Positions 24,713 to 33,653 of a stretch of 39,769 bases of DNA are shown in pieces (the stretch's first letter is position 1; the number at the start of each line of letters is the position of its first letter). A model generated the notes under the pieces. That model saw only the letters and a list, made by a program, of their open reading frames with translations. It made no database searches and was not told the origin of the DNA. The stretch covers positions 1 through 39,769 of the IMG/VR virus record IMGVR_UViG_3300033407_000055; one strand, given 5' to 3'. Made by a program: the position numbers and the translations under genes. The DNA comes from a virus (Duplodnaviria > Caudoviricetes).

Positions 24713-25209
24713 TACGACAGTGTGATAGTGTCGGTCAGGACGAAGGACGCGCCCAGCCAATCAACGGTCACGGTCAGGATCACAGTACCCGCGCTGTCGC
24801 CAGACACAGTGACCACGAACTCGCCTGCACCGTCAGTGTAACCAGTCAGCGGGGATACAACCGGGTCAACCGAGGTGCCCGTTACGACCACAGTGATCGG
24901 GATACGGGGCGCTGGGTCGGTGTCCTCGTTCAGCACGGTGAAGGTAACAACGGACTCGGCTACACCATCCGCAGCGATGGCGTCAGGAACGGCCAGGGCA
25001 GAGGAGGCAAGCTCATCAGGAGTGCTGGCGGCGATGGTAGCGGTGCATTGAGCAGCGCAGTCAGCGAAGTACGTGGCCAGGGTAGCCAGGGTGTCGGCGT
25101 TGTTCCGACCGATGTTAATCTCGCCACGGCTGATAGCGTGAGCAGTCTCGTGGCGCAGGGTCTGGCCGTTGCTCAGGACACCGGGGGTCAGAAGGTTAGA
25201 AGCTCGCAT
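24712..25209 (-). CDS. Ig-like (Big_1/invasin-type) domain protein
   Basis: C-terminal AADG...VTFTVLNE...P...TDGAGEFVVTVSG...GTVILTVTV; helical N-terminal ~60 aa; GAGG RBS. Confidence 0.72.
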   Translation of the reverse strand: MRASNLLTPGVLSNGQTLRHETAHAISRGEINIGRNNADTLATLATYFADCAAQCTATIAASTPDELASSALAVPDAIAADGVAESVVTFTVLNEDTDPAPRIPITVVVTGTSVDPVVSPLTGYTDGAGEFVVTVSGDSAGTVILTVTVDWLGASFVLTDTITLS

Positions 25210-25210
25210 G

Positions 25211-26956
25211 TTAAATCCTCTTACGAATGGTTGAAGCGAATCGTTGTACAGCATGTTGGTATCGCTTGTGGTTCAACGGATCAGCAGCCCACTCCGCGAA
25301 CTTGCGGGCGGATAGGTCTGCTTCTTTGCGTTGTGCATCTTGCCCGAGGGCACCGATGAAGTACGCGATAGCTCCTGCCAGGGCGTCGAGCCGGTCGTCT
25401 TTGACCAAGGCCCCCCTGTCGCGGGTTACTTTCGTGAACTGGAACATCAGGGTGAACAGTTGTCGCTTGTCGGTCGGCTGGTGCGAAGTGCTAGCCCAGT
25501 CGTTAGTCAGGACATCCTCGTCGATCACGAGGGAGCCACGGCCCATCACAGGCTCGATAGTCTCGATGATCCGTAGCTCTTTCTGCCCTGTCTCGAAGAC
25601 ATCCTCTACGGCACACAGGCAGCCCTTCGCACGGAGCAATGGCAGCAGTACTTGTGTGTAGGCACCGTGGCCCATGTTCTTCTCGATGATCAGCTTGTCC
25701 GGGTTCCAGCGTACCACGGCATCCACGAGGGCACCTAGGTTATCCTCGCTGTACCCGCCAGGAAGGCCGCTGACAGCGCGTATGAAGATGTTGCCGTTGA
25801 GCTGGTCCACTACTGCGTAGGCAGTCTCATCTCCGTTCTTACCGCCACCAGCAGGGTCCACGCGCATGACACGGGCCGATGGTGGGGCAGTCTCCGGGGA
25901 GACGTACTGAGGAGACGACACGTCGAACTTGGTACTGCCGACTTGGTACTGCCGGCGATGCTCGTGGGACATACCTCGTACGAAGTTTACAGGCAGGCGC
26001 TCACCCAGGCGCATGACGACGAGGTTAACCGGCTTGAGCGGGTAACGCATCTCGTCGGTCAGCTTGGTGCTGAGCATGTGCTGTAGCTGGAAGAACGCCG
26101 CACCCTGCTTACGCTCCTTGTCGCACAGGGCGTCCTCGCCCAGCAGCTCCGGATCAGTCGGCTTGCCCTGCTTGCCGTCCATGCCGCCGTTAAGTGCCAG
26201 CTCGAAGTTAGCCTCTAGGCGTGTGCGGATGAACGGGGCGAGCATGTCGCCGTAGTTGTCCATCTGCTCGGTAGTAGGGTAACGGCCGGGCCAGATGCGC
26301 ACAGTGAAGCCGGCCTGCGGCAGAGTGTTGTAGACCGAGGTGTCGGTCTGCGGCGTGCCCAGGTAAACGATGCGGCCTTTTTGTACGATAGACGCGAAGT
26401 CGCGCATGATACCAAGCAGCATCTCCCGCATCATAGCGGTCCGGCTGTTCTTCATGGACTCCACGTCATCCGCGATAAGCAGGTTAGCCCGCTTACCCTG
26501 GAGGTTGGAGGTGACACCAGCACAGGCTACAGACGGGGACTTGTTGATCCCCTTGAGCGAGTGGTGAATGTCGAACGCCTCGACTGACGTCCGATCACCT
26601 GCGGACTTATCCGGCCGCAAGCAATCTAGAATAGGGAAGTGCAGGATCAGCTTGACGATCAGCGTGCTAATCTCGTTAGCTTGCTTGCCGCCGGCCGACA
26701 GCACTAGGATAGCCCAGGTCGGATGATGGATCAGACACCACACCGCAAAGATCGCAGTGATGGTTGTCTTAGCCTGTGACCTCTGGGCCTGGACCATGAT
26801 GTCCTTGGGGCCGAACTCCAAGAAGGCAGCTATGTCCTTCTGGAGTTCTGTAGCATTGAACCCGAGGAACTTAAGCGTGACGGACAGGAACGGGACGAAC
26901 GCAGGGAACGTCTGTTGCAGCAGCCTGAGCTGATTCTCTCTCGGGTTACTCTTCAT
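25211..26956 (-). CDS. terL: Terminase large subunit
   Basis: QAQRSQAKTT, GKRANLLIADDVE, YLGTPQ, VDPAGGGKNGDET, DDRLDAL. Confidence 0.97.
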   Translation of the reverse strand: MKSNPRENQLRLLQQTFPAFVPFLSVTLKFLGFNATELQKDIAAFLEFGPKDIMVQAQRSQAKTTITAIFAVWCLIHHPTWAILVLSAGGKQANEISTLIVKLILHFPILDCLRPDKSAGDRTSVEAFDIHHSLKGINKSPSVACAGVTSNLQGKRANLLIADDVESMKNSRTAMMREMLLGIMRDFASIVQKGRIVYLGTPQTDTSVYNTLPQAGFTVRIWPGRYPTTEQMDNYGDMLAPFIRTRLEANFELALNGGMDGKQGKPTDPELLGEDALCDKERKQGAAFFQLQHMLSTKLTDEMRYPLKPVNLVVMRLGERLPVNFVRGMSHEHRRQYQVGSTKFDVSSPQYVSPETAPPSARVMRVDPAGGGKNGDETAYAVVDQLNGNIFIRAVSGLPGGYSEDNLGALVDAVVRWNPDKLIIEKNMGHGAYTQVLLPLLRAKGCLCAVEDVFETGQKELRIIETIEPVMGRGSLVIDEDVLTNDWASTSHQPTDKRQLFTLMFQFTKVTRDRGALVKDDRLDALAGAIAYFIGALGQDAQRKEADLSARKFAEWAADPLNHKRYQHAVQRFASTIRKRI

Positions 26957-27255
26957 TGCATGTTACCGTAGCCGGGCATCTGCCGTTGGAAGTCGTTGAT
27001 GATCGAGTCAAGCTCGGTGTCAGTGACCGTGCCCTCAGTCGCCTTACGCAGCTCCTTGGCCAAGTCCCGGACATCTCCGTCTTCCGCTGGGTCCGCCTGG
27101 ACGTTGTTGTCCTTGAGGAACGCCCGGAGTACCGCAGCTTCCGCAGCGGACAACGGGATGATCTTGTCGTTCTCGTCGGTACGCTGCATCTGGTCCATCC
27201 AATACTGGGCGAACAGCTCGTGCAGCGTACCTAGCGTACTAGATTTTGCAGCCAT
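26953..27255 (-). CDS. terS: Terminase small subunit
   Basis: MAAKSSTLGTLH...FLKDNNVQAD (T7 gp18-like); directly upstream of TerL. Confidence 0.88.
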   Translation of the reverse strand: MAAKSSTLGTLHELFAQYWMDQMQRTDENDKIIPLSAAEAAVLRAFLKDNNVQADPAEDGDVRDLAKELRKATEGTVTDTELDSIINDFQRQMPGYGNMQ

Positions 27256-27454
27256 TCTTCTTCTCCTTTCGGGCTTTAACCCGGTCGTAGATGTACCCCG
27301 CTGCTTGCAGCAGCACCCAGGCAATAGTTACCCATTGCAGGATGGTGCTGGCAGGCAGAGCCTGGAACCACTCCATGAAGCTGGCTCCGACTACCGCAGC
27401 AGGCGGGGTGTTCTTAATTACTACAGACACCGCGCTTGCTGCGTCAGTGGACAT
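27239..27454 (-). CDS. Holin (T7 gp17.5 position)
   Basis: 71 aa, hydrophobic helices, basic C-terminus, between tail fibre and TerS. Confidence 0.78.
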   Translation of the reverse strand: MSTDAASAVSVVIKNTPPAAVVGASFMEWFQALPASTILQWVTIAWVLLQAAGYIYDRVKARKEKKNGCKI

Positions 27455-27609
27455 GGGTACTCCTGGTTACTGGTTGGAGATGCAAGAGCCCGAACACATG
27501 TACCTGCGCTCACGAATTGCAGGGACCGGCGCGGTGTTTCTGCGGTGGGTGTGTTGTGGTGCAATGAGTGTTCTGGATGTCAGGTTATTCGGAAGCGGGT
27601 TTAGGCGGG

Positions 27610-29919
27610 TTAGGCCGGCTTAACGTTCCTACTAGTTTCCATCCACCGCTTAGCCCCGACCTCGTTTATTACGAGTTCGAATTCCATGCGTCGTGCGCGG
27701 CCTGCTGCCTCATTGCCCATAACTACCGAAGTGGTGTTATTTAGGAGGAGGTTAGTGGCAGACAATGAAATGAAGTAAGTAGTGTCTGTGGTGTAAAGGA
27801 TCAGAATCTGCCCCTCTTCACAGTTAGTAGTGTCTAGCACCACCCCGGTTCTGTTCGCGCCGTTAGGATTTAGAACGATGCGTCTGGCATCACTACAAGT
27901 TATGCTAGTAGAAACTGCAAGGTCGTGGGTTTTGTTAACCCCATTGTGCCAAAAAGTAGTTCCGGGCTTGCTCGCGATAAGCATACCGGTCTTTTCAGCC
28001 TTAAAGAACACATCGCGAAGTGCTATATGGAATGCTTGCGCGTCTAAACCGCTGTACCCATCGAGGCTGGTATTTAAGTCTGTGACCTTGTTGGTCGGGC
28101 TATCCCACTCTTGTGACCCGACTTCATTATTTTTAGCGCCACTACGGAATATAATCCCGTGTTCAAACCGCTCAATGTAGTTACCCCACATCTGATTAGA
28201 GAAAGCAAACGTGAACCCTAGCGCGCCGTCCCCGTAACCCCAATCAATACCGTTGCCCATGCCGAACGTAGCCGAGCTATGAGCCTGCAAAAGGTTCGCG
28301 AAAATCTGGTTGCCGACAATTGGGGTTGTGCCCGCCTGCACGGCTTCCCGAGAGAACCGCATAGTGCTTAGGCACTTGAGGTGGTTACGGGTAAATACGG
28401 AGGACGTGAGCGGCCCTTTAGACCAGATGCCTACAGTCGTCCCGATTACGCTAACCCCCTCGACATGGTTAGTGTATGCGTTAGCCACGGCCTGCATATC
28501 GAGGATCACGCCAACGCCAGAGTAGAGCTCATCGGTATGCCCGACAACCTCTACATGTATGTTGCTAATTCTAGTGCGCCTAGCTCCTAGCATCCGCAAT
28601 GCTGTTGATACCTCATTCCCCGTTGTGGAGATTTTTAGCGATACCTCGAAATCCCCGTAGTCCGCGTATTCGAGTCCATTGGACGACGAAATAACATTTG
28701 CCGGCGCGTCGGCTGCGTCCTGAACAAACTTTGTTAGTCGCTTGCCTACACCCTTAAAGTGCTTGATATACGATGGGATTACTACCGGGGTAATGATGTT
28801 GAACGAGCCAGAGTGAACGTCCACGCCCTCAATATCGGTGTTAGCCATTAACGAGTTGAGCAGCGAACCGTTATCCGAAAGCGACTCCGACACGCCGAAC
28901 CAGGCCGCGTTAACGACGTGCCTAGCCATGGAGGTGTGCGGATACACTCGCCGCCATCTGCCAGTGACAACCCCAGTGACCGCGATTACTAATCCGCCAT
29001 CATCCACCGCTGTCGATGAAGCGTCCCAATAGAACGTGCCGGCGCCCAGGCCTGGCTCTTCCTCATACCAGCCAGTGAGCGAAATGGTGCGCCCATCTGT
29101 GTCACCAGGAAATCCACGGAGTTCAGAAATACTCGCCACTGATCGGAGGGCGCCACCCACGAGAGTAACGCCCTTCTCCGGATCAACGGCGTCCGCCAAA
29201 TCCTGCCGCAAAACATCATCAGCCGAGAACAGGTTAAACAAATCCTCATCGCCGCCAACCCATGTGCCGGTGGTGGTAAACGGAATCGAGCTCGGGGCTG
29301 GCCGATAGAAAAACCCGTCTCGCGCCATGTACTGATTATATGTTGTGAATTCAAGCCCGCTAGTGTAGTCCCCTAGTGGCACGAAGCCGTTGGCCATGAA
29401 GCGGACGTTGTTGGCTTCGCGGTACGCCTCGAACTGCTCGGCGGACTCCTGTGCAGCAGCAGCAGAATCCTCGGCGGCCTGCGCAGAACCTGCGGCGAGT
29501 GCCAGCGTCTCAGCCGACACATTACCTGCACCTCGCGCAGCGTCCCGAGCTTCTTGTACAATGTACACAGCCTGCCGGTTAGCGAGGTCCAGGTCGCTGG
29601 CCCCCACCGACTGCAAGTCCTGGTAGTTCACCAGAGGGAAGCGGTTCTCCGTCTCCCGGTAGATTCGCAGCACTGTGCCTAGCGGCACTGCCGGCTCCAC
29701 ACGGATAGAGTTCAGGGACTCGAACAGGTAAGGGGTCTGTACGGTTACTTGGGCGTCGCCCTCACCCGTGATAAGTTCGGCGTGTACGTCAGCAGAGTCA
29801 ATGTACGGCTTGGCGGTAGGACCGGCCCCTGGGTCCAAGCCCTCGAAGCTGAACTCCCATACAACAGTGGTACCATCGCCATTAAATGAGTTGCTGGCGA
29901 GGAAAGGTTGATCAGCCAT
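27610..29919 (-). CDS. Tail fibre/tailspike with probable beta-helix depolymerase
   Basis: T7 gp17-type N-terminal anchor (GDGTTVVWEFSF...LRIYRET...DLDLANRQAVY); VNAAWFG beta-helix entry; Asn/Gly-rich repeats. Confidence 0.9.
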   Translation of the reverse strand: MADQPFLASNSFNGDGTTVVWEFSFEGLDPGAGPTAKPYIDSADVHAELITGEGDAQVTVQTPYLFESLNSIRVEPAVPLGTVLRIYRETENRFPLVNYQDLQSVGASDLDLANRQAVYIVQEARDAARGAGNVSAETLALAAGSAQAAEDSAAAAQESAEQFEAYREANNVRFMANGFVPLGDYTSGLEFTTYNQYMARDGFFYRPAPSSIPFTTTGTWVGGDEDLFNLFSADDVLRQDLADAVDPEKGVTLVGGALRSVASISELRGFPGDTDGRTISLTGWYEEEPGLGAGTFYWDASSTAVDDGGLVIAVTGVVTGRWRRVYPHTSMARHVVNAAWFGVSESLSDNGSLLNSLMANTDIEGVDVHSGSFNIITPVVIPSYIKHFKGVGKRLTKFVQDAADAPANVISSSNGLEYADYGDFEVSLKISTTGNEVSTALRMLGARRTRISNIHVEVVGHTDELYSGVGVILDMQAVANAYTNHVEGVSVIGTTVGIWSKGPLTSSVFTRNHLKCLSTMRFSREAVQAGTTPIVGNQIFANLLQAHSSATFGMGNGIDWGYGDGALGFTFAFSNQMWGNYIERFEHGIIFRSGAKNNEVGSQEWDSPTNKVTDLNTSLDGYSGLDAQAFHIALRDVFFKAEKTGMLIASKPGTTFWHNGVNKTHDLAVSTSITCSDARRIVLNPNGANRTGVVLDTTNCEEGQILILYTTDTTYFISLSATNLLLNNTTSVVMGNEAAGRARRMEFELVINEVGAKRWMETSRNVKPA

Positions 29920-29940
29920 GGTGGCTCCTAAATTCGTTTG

Positions 29941-29961
29941 TATTCCTGTAGATGGGTCAAT
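29941..29961 (-). promoter_or_regulatory. Phage RNAP promoter upstream of tailspike
   Basis: Perfect ATTGACCCATCTACAGGAATA copy. Confidence 0.88.
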
Positions 29962-29982
29962 AGGCCTTCCCTGGCCCATCGG

Positions 29983-32900
29983 TTATTCCGCGAAGGTATT
30001 GGCCACGGGGACCACGTATGGCAGGTTGCCCCCCGGCAGTGCCCGCGCCAAATCCCTCACGTCCTTCTCTTGTGCTGCCTTGACCGTCTGGTTGACGTAG
30101 CCGAGGGCAGGCACGTTATCCAGCACACCCTTACCGCCACCACGTACCCCTGTCATCTCGAAGCCGGCCAGTGCTGCGCCTGCGTCGAGGATGTCTGGAG
30201 CGAGGCCCGCCAGGGCCGTGTAGTTCAAGGTAGCCCGGCCCAGCATCTGAGGGCTGAGCTGCTTCTCCCTGTATTCCGCTGCGTCCTCCCGGCCCAAAGA
30301 GTTGGCGTAGACTCTAGCGGCGTGTACCGGCAGAGCTACCGCCATGCTGCCGATCAGTAGCCCCATTGCTTGAGCTGTGCCGTGCGTAACCGCCTGCCGC
30401 TTCCACTGCTTCTCCATAGCAACGATAGAGAACGACCGGAACTGGGTCAACAGCCGCAACAGGTCATCGTGCGCCCACTTGCCGGACTCCCCGATAAAGG
30501 TGCCCTGGATCATCTGGCGGCTGCCTCGGTGGATAGACTGCACAAGCTCGTTGACCGCACTGTCGTCGGTGGTCTTGAGCAGGTCCAGCCGCGTCAGGTT
30601 GCCGGCCTCGTCGAACTCCGCGATGTTAGGGAGTTGCGCACGCAGCCGCTCGATCAGCTCAGGATTAAGCCCGATGTCCAGCAGCGCCTTGTCGTCACCA
30701 CCCTCACGGATGTAGCGCATGGATTTGTGTACGAGCTGGTCTGCCACACCCCGAACCTGGGCAGCGTGCATGTAGTGCCAGCCGCTGAGCCACGGCACGG
30801 CGTTAGCCCCGCCACGTACGATACGCTCGACCGCGTTAACGCTATCCCGACCGTAGATTCGGATGTCGTCTACCTCTTGGTGCGGGAACACAACACGATA
30901 GTCCTTGCCGATAGGCCCGCCTACTAGCTCCAGGGAGTCGATCATCGGATTGCTCTTGCCAGCTATAACGTCTGCGATGTGGGTCGGCATGTCCCGCACG
31001 TTCTTCATAGCACCTTGCACGCCAAGCACGCTGACCAAGTTAGAGGACTCGACGAACTGCGTGAAGGCCATGCCGCCCAGGCGGGACGCCCCGGTCACTA
31101 GCCGCAGCGCACCGAGGTAGCGATTGCCGGTGTTCGGCAGAGGCTTGCCCATGAACTCGGCAGCCACTTGGTCGAAGGCATCCATTTCCGCCCGTGTCGC
31201 ACGCTGCCCATCCGGACCGTACTGCAAGGTCTTGCGAAGCATAGCCAAGCCCTGGCTTCCCATGATGTTGAACTTCGCCAGGGCAACCTCGCCTGCCGTG
31301 GTCTGAGCGTAGCGCAGGTACAGGCTCCGCTGGTCCTTGTCGAAGGCGTCATCCAGCTTGAACACTGAACCGTCCGGCAGGGTCACCTCCTCGGTCATGT
31401 CAAGGTCGAGCCGCTTCTTGGTACGAGAGGAACCACCACGGCTAAACCGCCCGAGCAGCAGCTCGATGTCAGCTTCCGGCACGTTCTTAGCCCGTAGGAT
31501 GTCCTTGAGGATGTCAGCAGCTTGTGGGCTGGCTATGTTTGCGGGGACCGGAGTGCCGCCGTACGCCACCGTCCTGGCGCGCTCTAGGTAGCGGGCAGAG
31601 ACTTCGCGGGCCAACACCTTGTCGTCCCACTGGTTCTCCAACTGCCGGTAGATTGCGTTGCTCAGTGCCTCCTTCTGCGCGTTCGGCGCACGGTACAGCC
31701 ACGACGGACTGATCCGCCGTTCCACGTAGCCGGCACTTTGCAGCTCCTTGAGGCGATCCGAGCCAATGGTGCCGGCTCGTATGTGATCCCGTCGCATCAG
31801 GTCGTAGCCCTCATCGAGCGCGTCGGCTGCTCCCTTGACGTTGGCGTCCTGTGTGATGCTGCGCCCGTCAAGCCTAGCCTTACGCTCAGCGTCAACCAGT
31901 AGGTCAAAGCGCTCCTCGTGCTTGCGGCTCAGCATGTCACCTACCTTTCCGCCACCCTGCTGGTTACGCCAAGCCGAGTAGTGGTCTTGGAACTTGGCCA
32001 GTGGCTCCTTGTAGGTCCGCAGACGCAGCTCTCGGGTGATGGCCGCCGTGGCGCGCCGGGCACCTGCACCCCCTGTGGTGGACTCAAGCAGGGTGCCGGC
32101 AATAGCGCGGGCTAGCGGGTTAGCTGAGCGTGCCAGTTGCAGGCCACTCGATGCCAGCCAGGAAGCCTTGGCCATGATGCTGTCCAGGCGCTCAAGGTTC
32201 TGAGGGTTACGAACCCCCCAGTCCTCGGCCCAGGAAGCCAGCTCGCCCATCAGCTTGCGGTCGGCGGCGTTCTCTACCTGGGAGGCGTCCATGCCCCAGC
32301 GGCGTTCCGCGTCCATACGAACGTCAGCCGGCCGCAGGATGTCATCGATCGGTGCTACCTTTGGTGCGCCTTCCACACCCTCGGCACCTACCAAGTCCTT
32401 CTCCTCGAAGCGCGGCAGCGGGCGGTCACCGGTCGGCACATCAGCCAGGGCAATCTCGTGTGCCCGGTTGATCCGCTCACGCTGGATGTCGTCGGTGGCG
32501 GTACGGATTTGCTCCGGTGTGGCACCCTCTCCTGCACGGGCCTGTGCTTGCGCATACAGGTCGTGGTTCTGGCGCATGGCCTCTGCCATAACCTCGTCCG
32601 CATCGGCCTTGGTGGCGGCTGCTGCGACCTCCGGCGGGGTCTTTGGACCGCCTGCCCCGATCAGGTTAAGCTGCCCGAAGGCTACCCCGAAGGCAGCGGC
32701 GTACACGTAGTCGGCCTGGGTCACATGCCCGCCAGCGGCGTCCAGGGTAGCCTCGTACAGCACGTTGCCAACGGCACCCTCTGCCCCGGCCAGCACCGCA
32801 GCACGCCCTAGCTGGCCCTGTTGGGCCGCCACACGGGCACCCACACCGCCGAGCTGGGCTACCTTACCCACGCCCAGGCCCATGGCCCAGCCTACCGGGT

Positions 32901-33594
32901 CAAGGATGCCCCCAGTCAGGCCAGCGGCAACCGCCATGCCAGTGCCGTGCGCCCCAAGCTCTTTGAGCCGGTCCCGCTTCTCGTTCACGATACCTGTGCG
33001 CCACGTCAGGTCTTCCTCGCTGACGGCCTCGCGCAGATACTGGCGGTCTTCCTCCACCAGCCCCGCCTCAGCCCGGTCCCGTACCTCCATGTAGTCGAAT
33101 GCGGGGTCGGTCGCGAACTCCTCCTTGTCGAAGGTGCGGATCAGGTGAGGGACAGCGGTCAGCTCCGAGAACGCAGAGCCTACTTGGTCGAGAAAGCTGG
33201 TGCTGTCCGCGAATGCCTTGGCTTCCTGCTGCCGGTCCTCGTATCCCGCGAGACTGGCACCCAGGTCGAAGATACCGCCAGCCGGGGCCACGGATTCGAT
33301 GTATTCGTCCGTAGCTTCTGGCAGATTGCCGATCACAGCCTGATGTGCCTTGTGACCACGGGACAACACTGTGTTATCGTCTTCACCCAGGTCGATGGAC
33401 GCTGACATCACGCTAGCCGTAGCCGTAGCCAGGGCGCGGTTCTCCATCGGGGTCAGCTTGGCGCTCTTTCCGCCGGATTTGCCAGCTGCTTTCGGGATCA
33501 GTGTAGAAAGCTTGCCGTAGTCGGTGGGCCGGGTCTGGTCTGTAGCGGAATCATGGGTGCTGGGTACTACTGGTCCTACTATTACGTCTGCCAT
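29983..33594 (-). CDS. Internal virion (ejection) protein, gp16-like
   Basis: 1203 aa, helical, LLTQFRSFSIVAMEKQ motif, position before tail fibre. Confidence 0.88.
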   Translation of the reverse strand: MADVIVGPVVPSTHDSATDQTRPTDYGKLSTLIPKAAGKSGGKSAKLTPMENRALATATASVMSASIDLGEDDNTVLSRGHKAHQAVIGNLPEATDEYIESVAPAGGIFDLGASLAGYEDRQQEAKAFADSTSFLDQVGSAFSELTAVPHLIRTFDKEEFATDPAFDYMEVRDRAEAGLVEEDRQYLREAVSEEDLTWRTGIVNEKRDRLKELGAHGTGMAVAAGLTGGILDPVGWAMGLGVGKVAQLGGVGARVAAQQGQLGRAAVLAGAEGAVGNVLYEATLDAAGGHVTQADYVYAAAFGVAFGQLNLIGAGGPKTPPEVAAAATKADADEVMAEAMRQNHDLYAQAQARAGEGATPEQIRTATDDIQRERINRAHEIALADVPTGDRPLPRFEEKDLVGAEGVEGAPKVAPIDDILRPADVRMDAERRWGMDASQVENAADRKLMGELASWAEDWGVRNPQNLERLDSIMAKASWLASSGLQLARSANPLARAIAGTLLESTTGGAGARRATAAITRELRLRTYKEPLAKFQDHYSAWRNQQGGGKVGDMLSRKHEERFDLLVDAERKARLDGRSITQDANVKGAADALDEGYDLMRRDHIRAGTIGSDRLKELQSAGYVERRISPSWLYRAPNAQKEALSNAIYRQLENQWDDKVLAREVSARYLERARTVAYGGTPVPANIASPQAADILKDILRAKNVPEADIELLLGRFSRGGSSRTKKRLDLDMTEEVTLPDGSVFKLDDAFDKDQRSLYLRYAQTTAGEVALAKFNIMGSQGLAMLRKTLQYGPDGQRATRAEMDAFDQVAAEFMGKPLPNTGNRYLGALRLVTGASRLGGMAFTQFVESSNLVSVLGVQGAMKNVRDMPTHIADVIAGKSNPMIDSLELVGGPIGKDYRVVFPHQEVDDIRIYGRDSVNAVERIVRGGANAVPWLSGWHYMHAAQVRGVADQLVHKSMRYIREGGDDKALLDIGLNPELIERLRAQLPNIAEFDEAGNLTRLDLLKTTDDSAVNELVQSIHRGSRQMIQGTFIGESGKWAHDDLLRLLTQFRSFSIVAMEKQWKRQAVTHGTAQAMGLLIGSMAVALPVHAARVYANSLGREDAAEYREKQLSPQMLGRATLNYTALAGLAPDILDAGAALAGFEMTGVRGGGKGVLDNVPALGYVNQTVKAAQEKDVRDLARALPGGNLPYVVPVANTFAE

Positions 33595-33653
33595 CAGGTG
33601 TCTCCGTTGTAATGGGCACTACGCTAGCCCCGTTACCAGGGCTAGAATGCTGC

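Noticed and set aside
1180-29961. 21-bp repeats as CRISPR repeats or att sites
   Set aside because: They are dispersed, co-oriented and upstream of genes, with no spacers, cas genes or integrase; phage promoters explain them.
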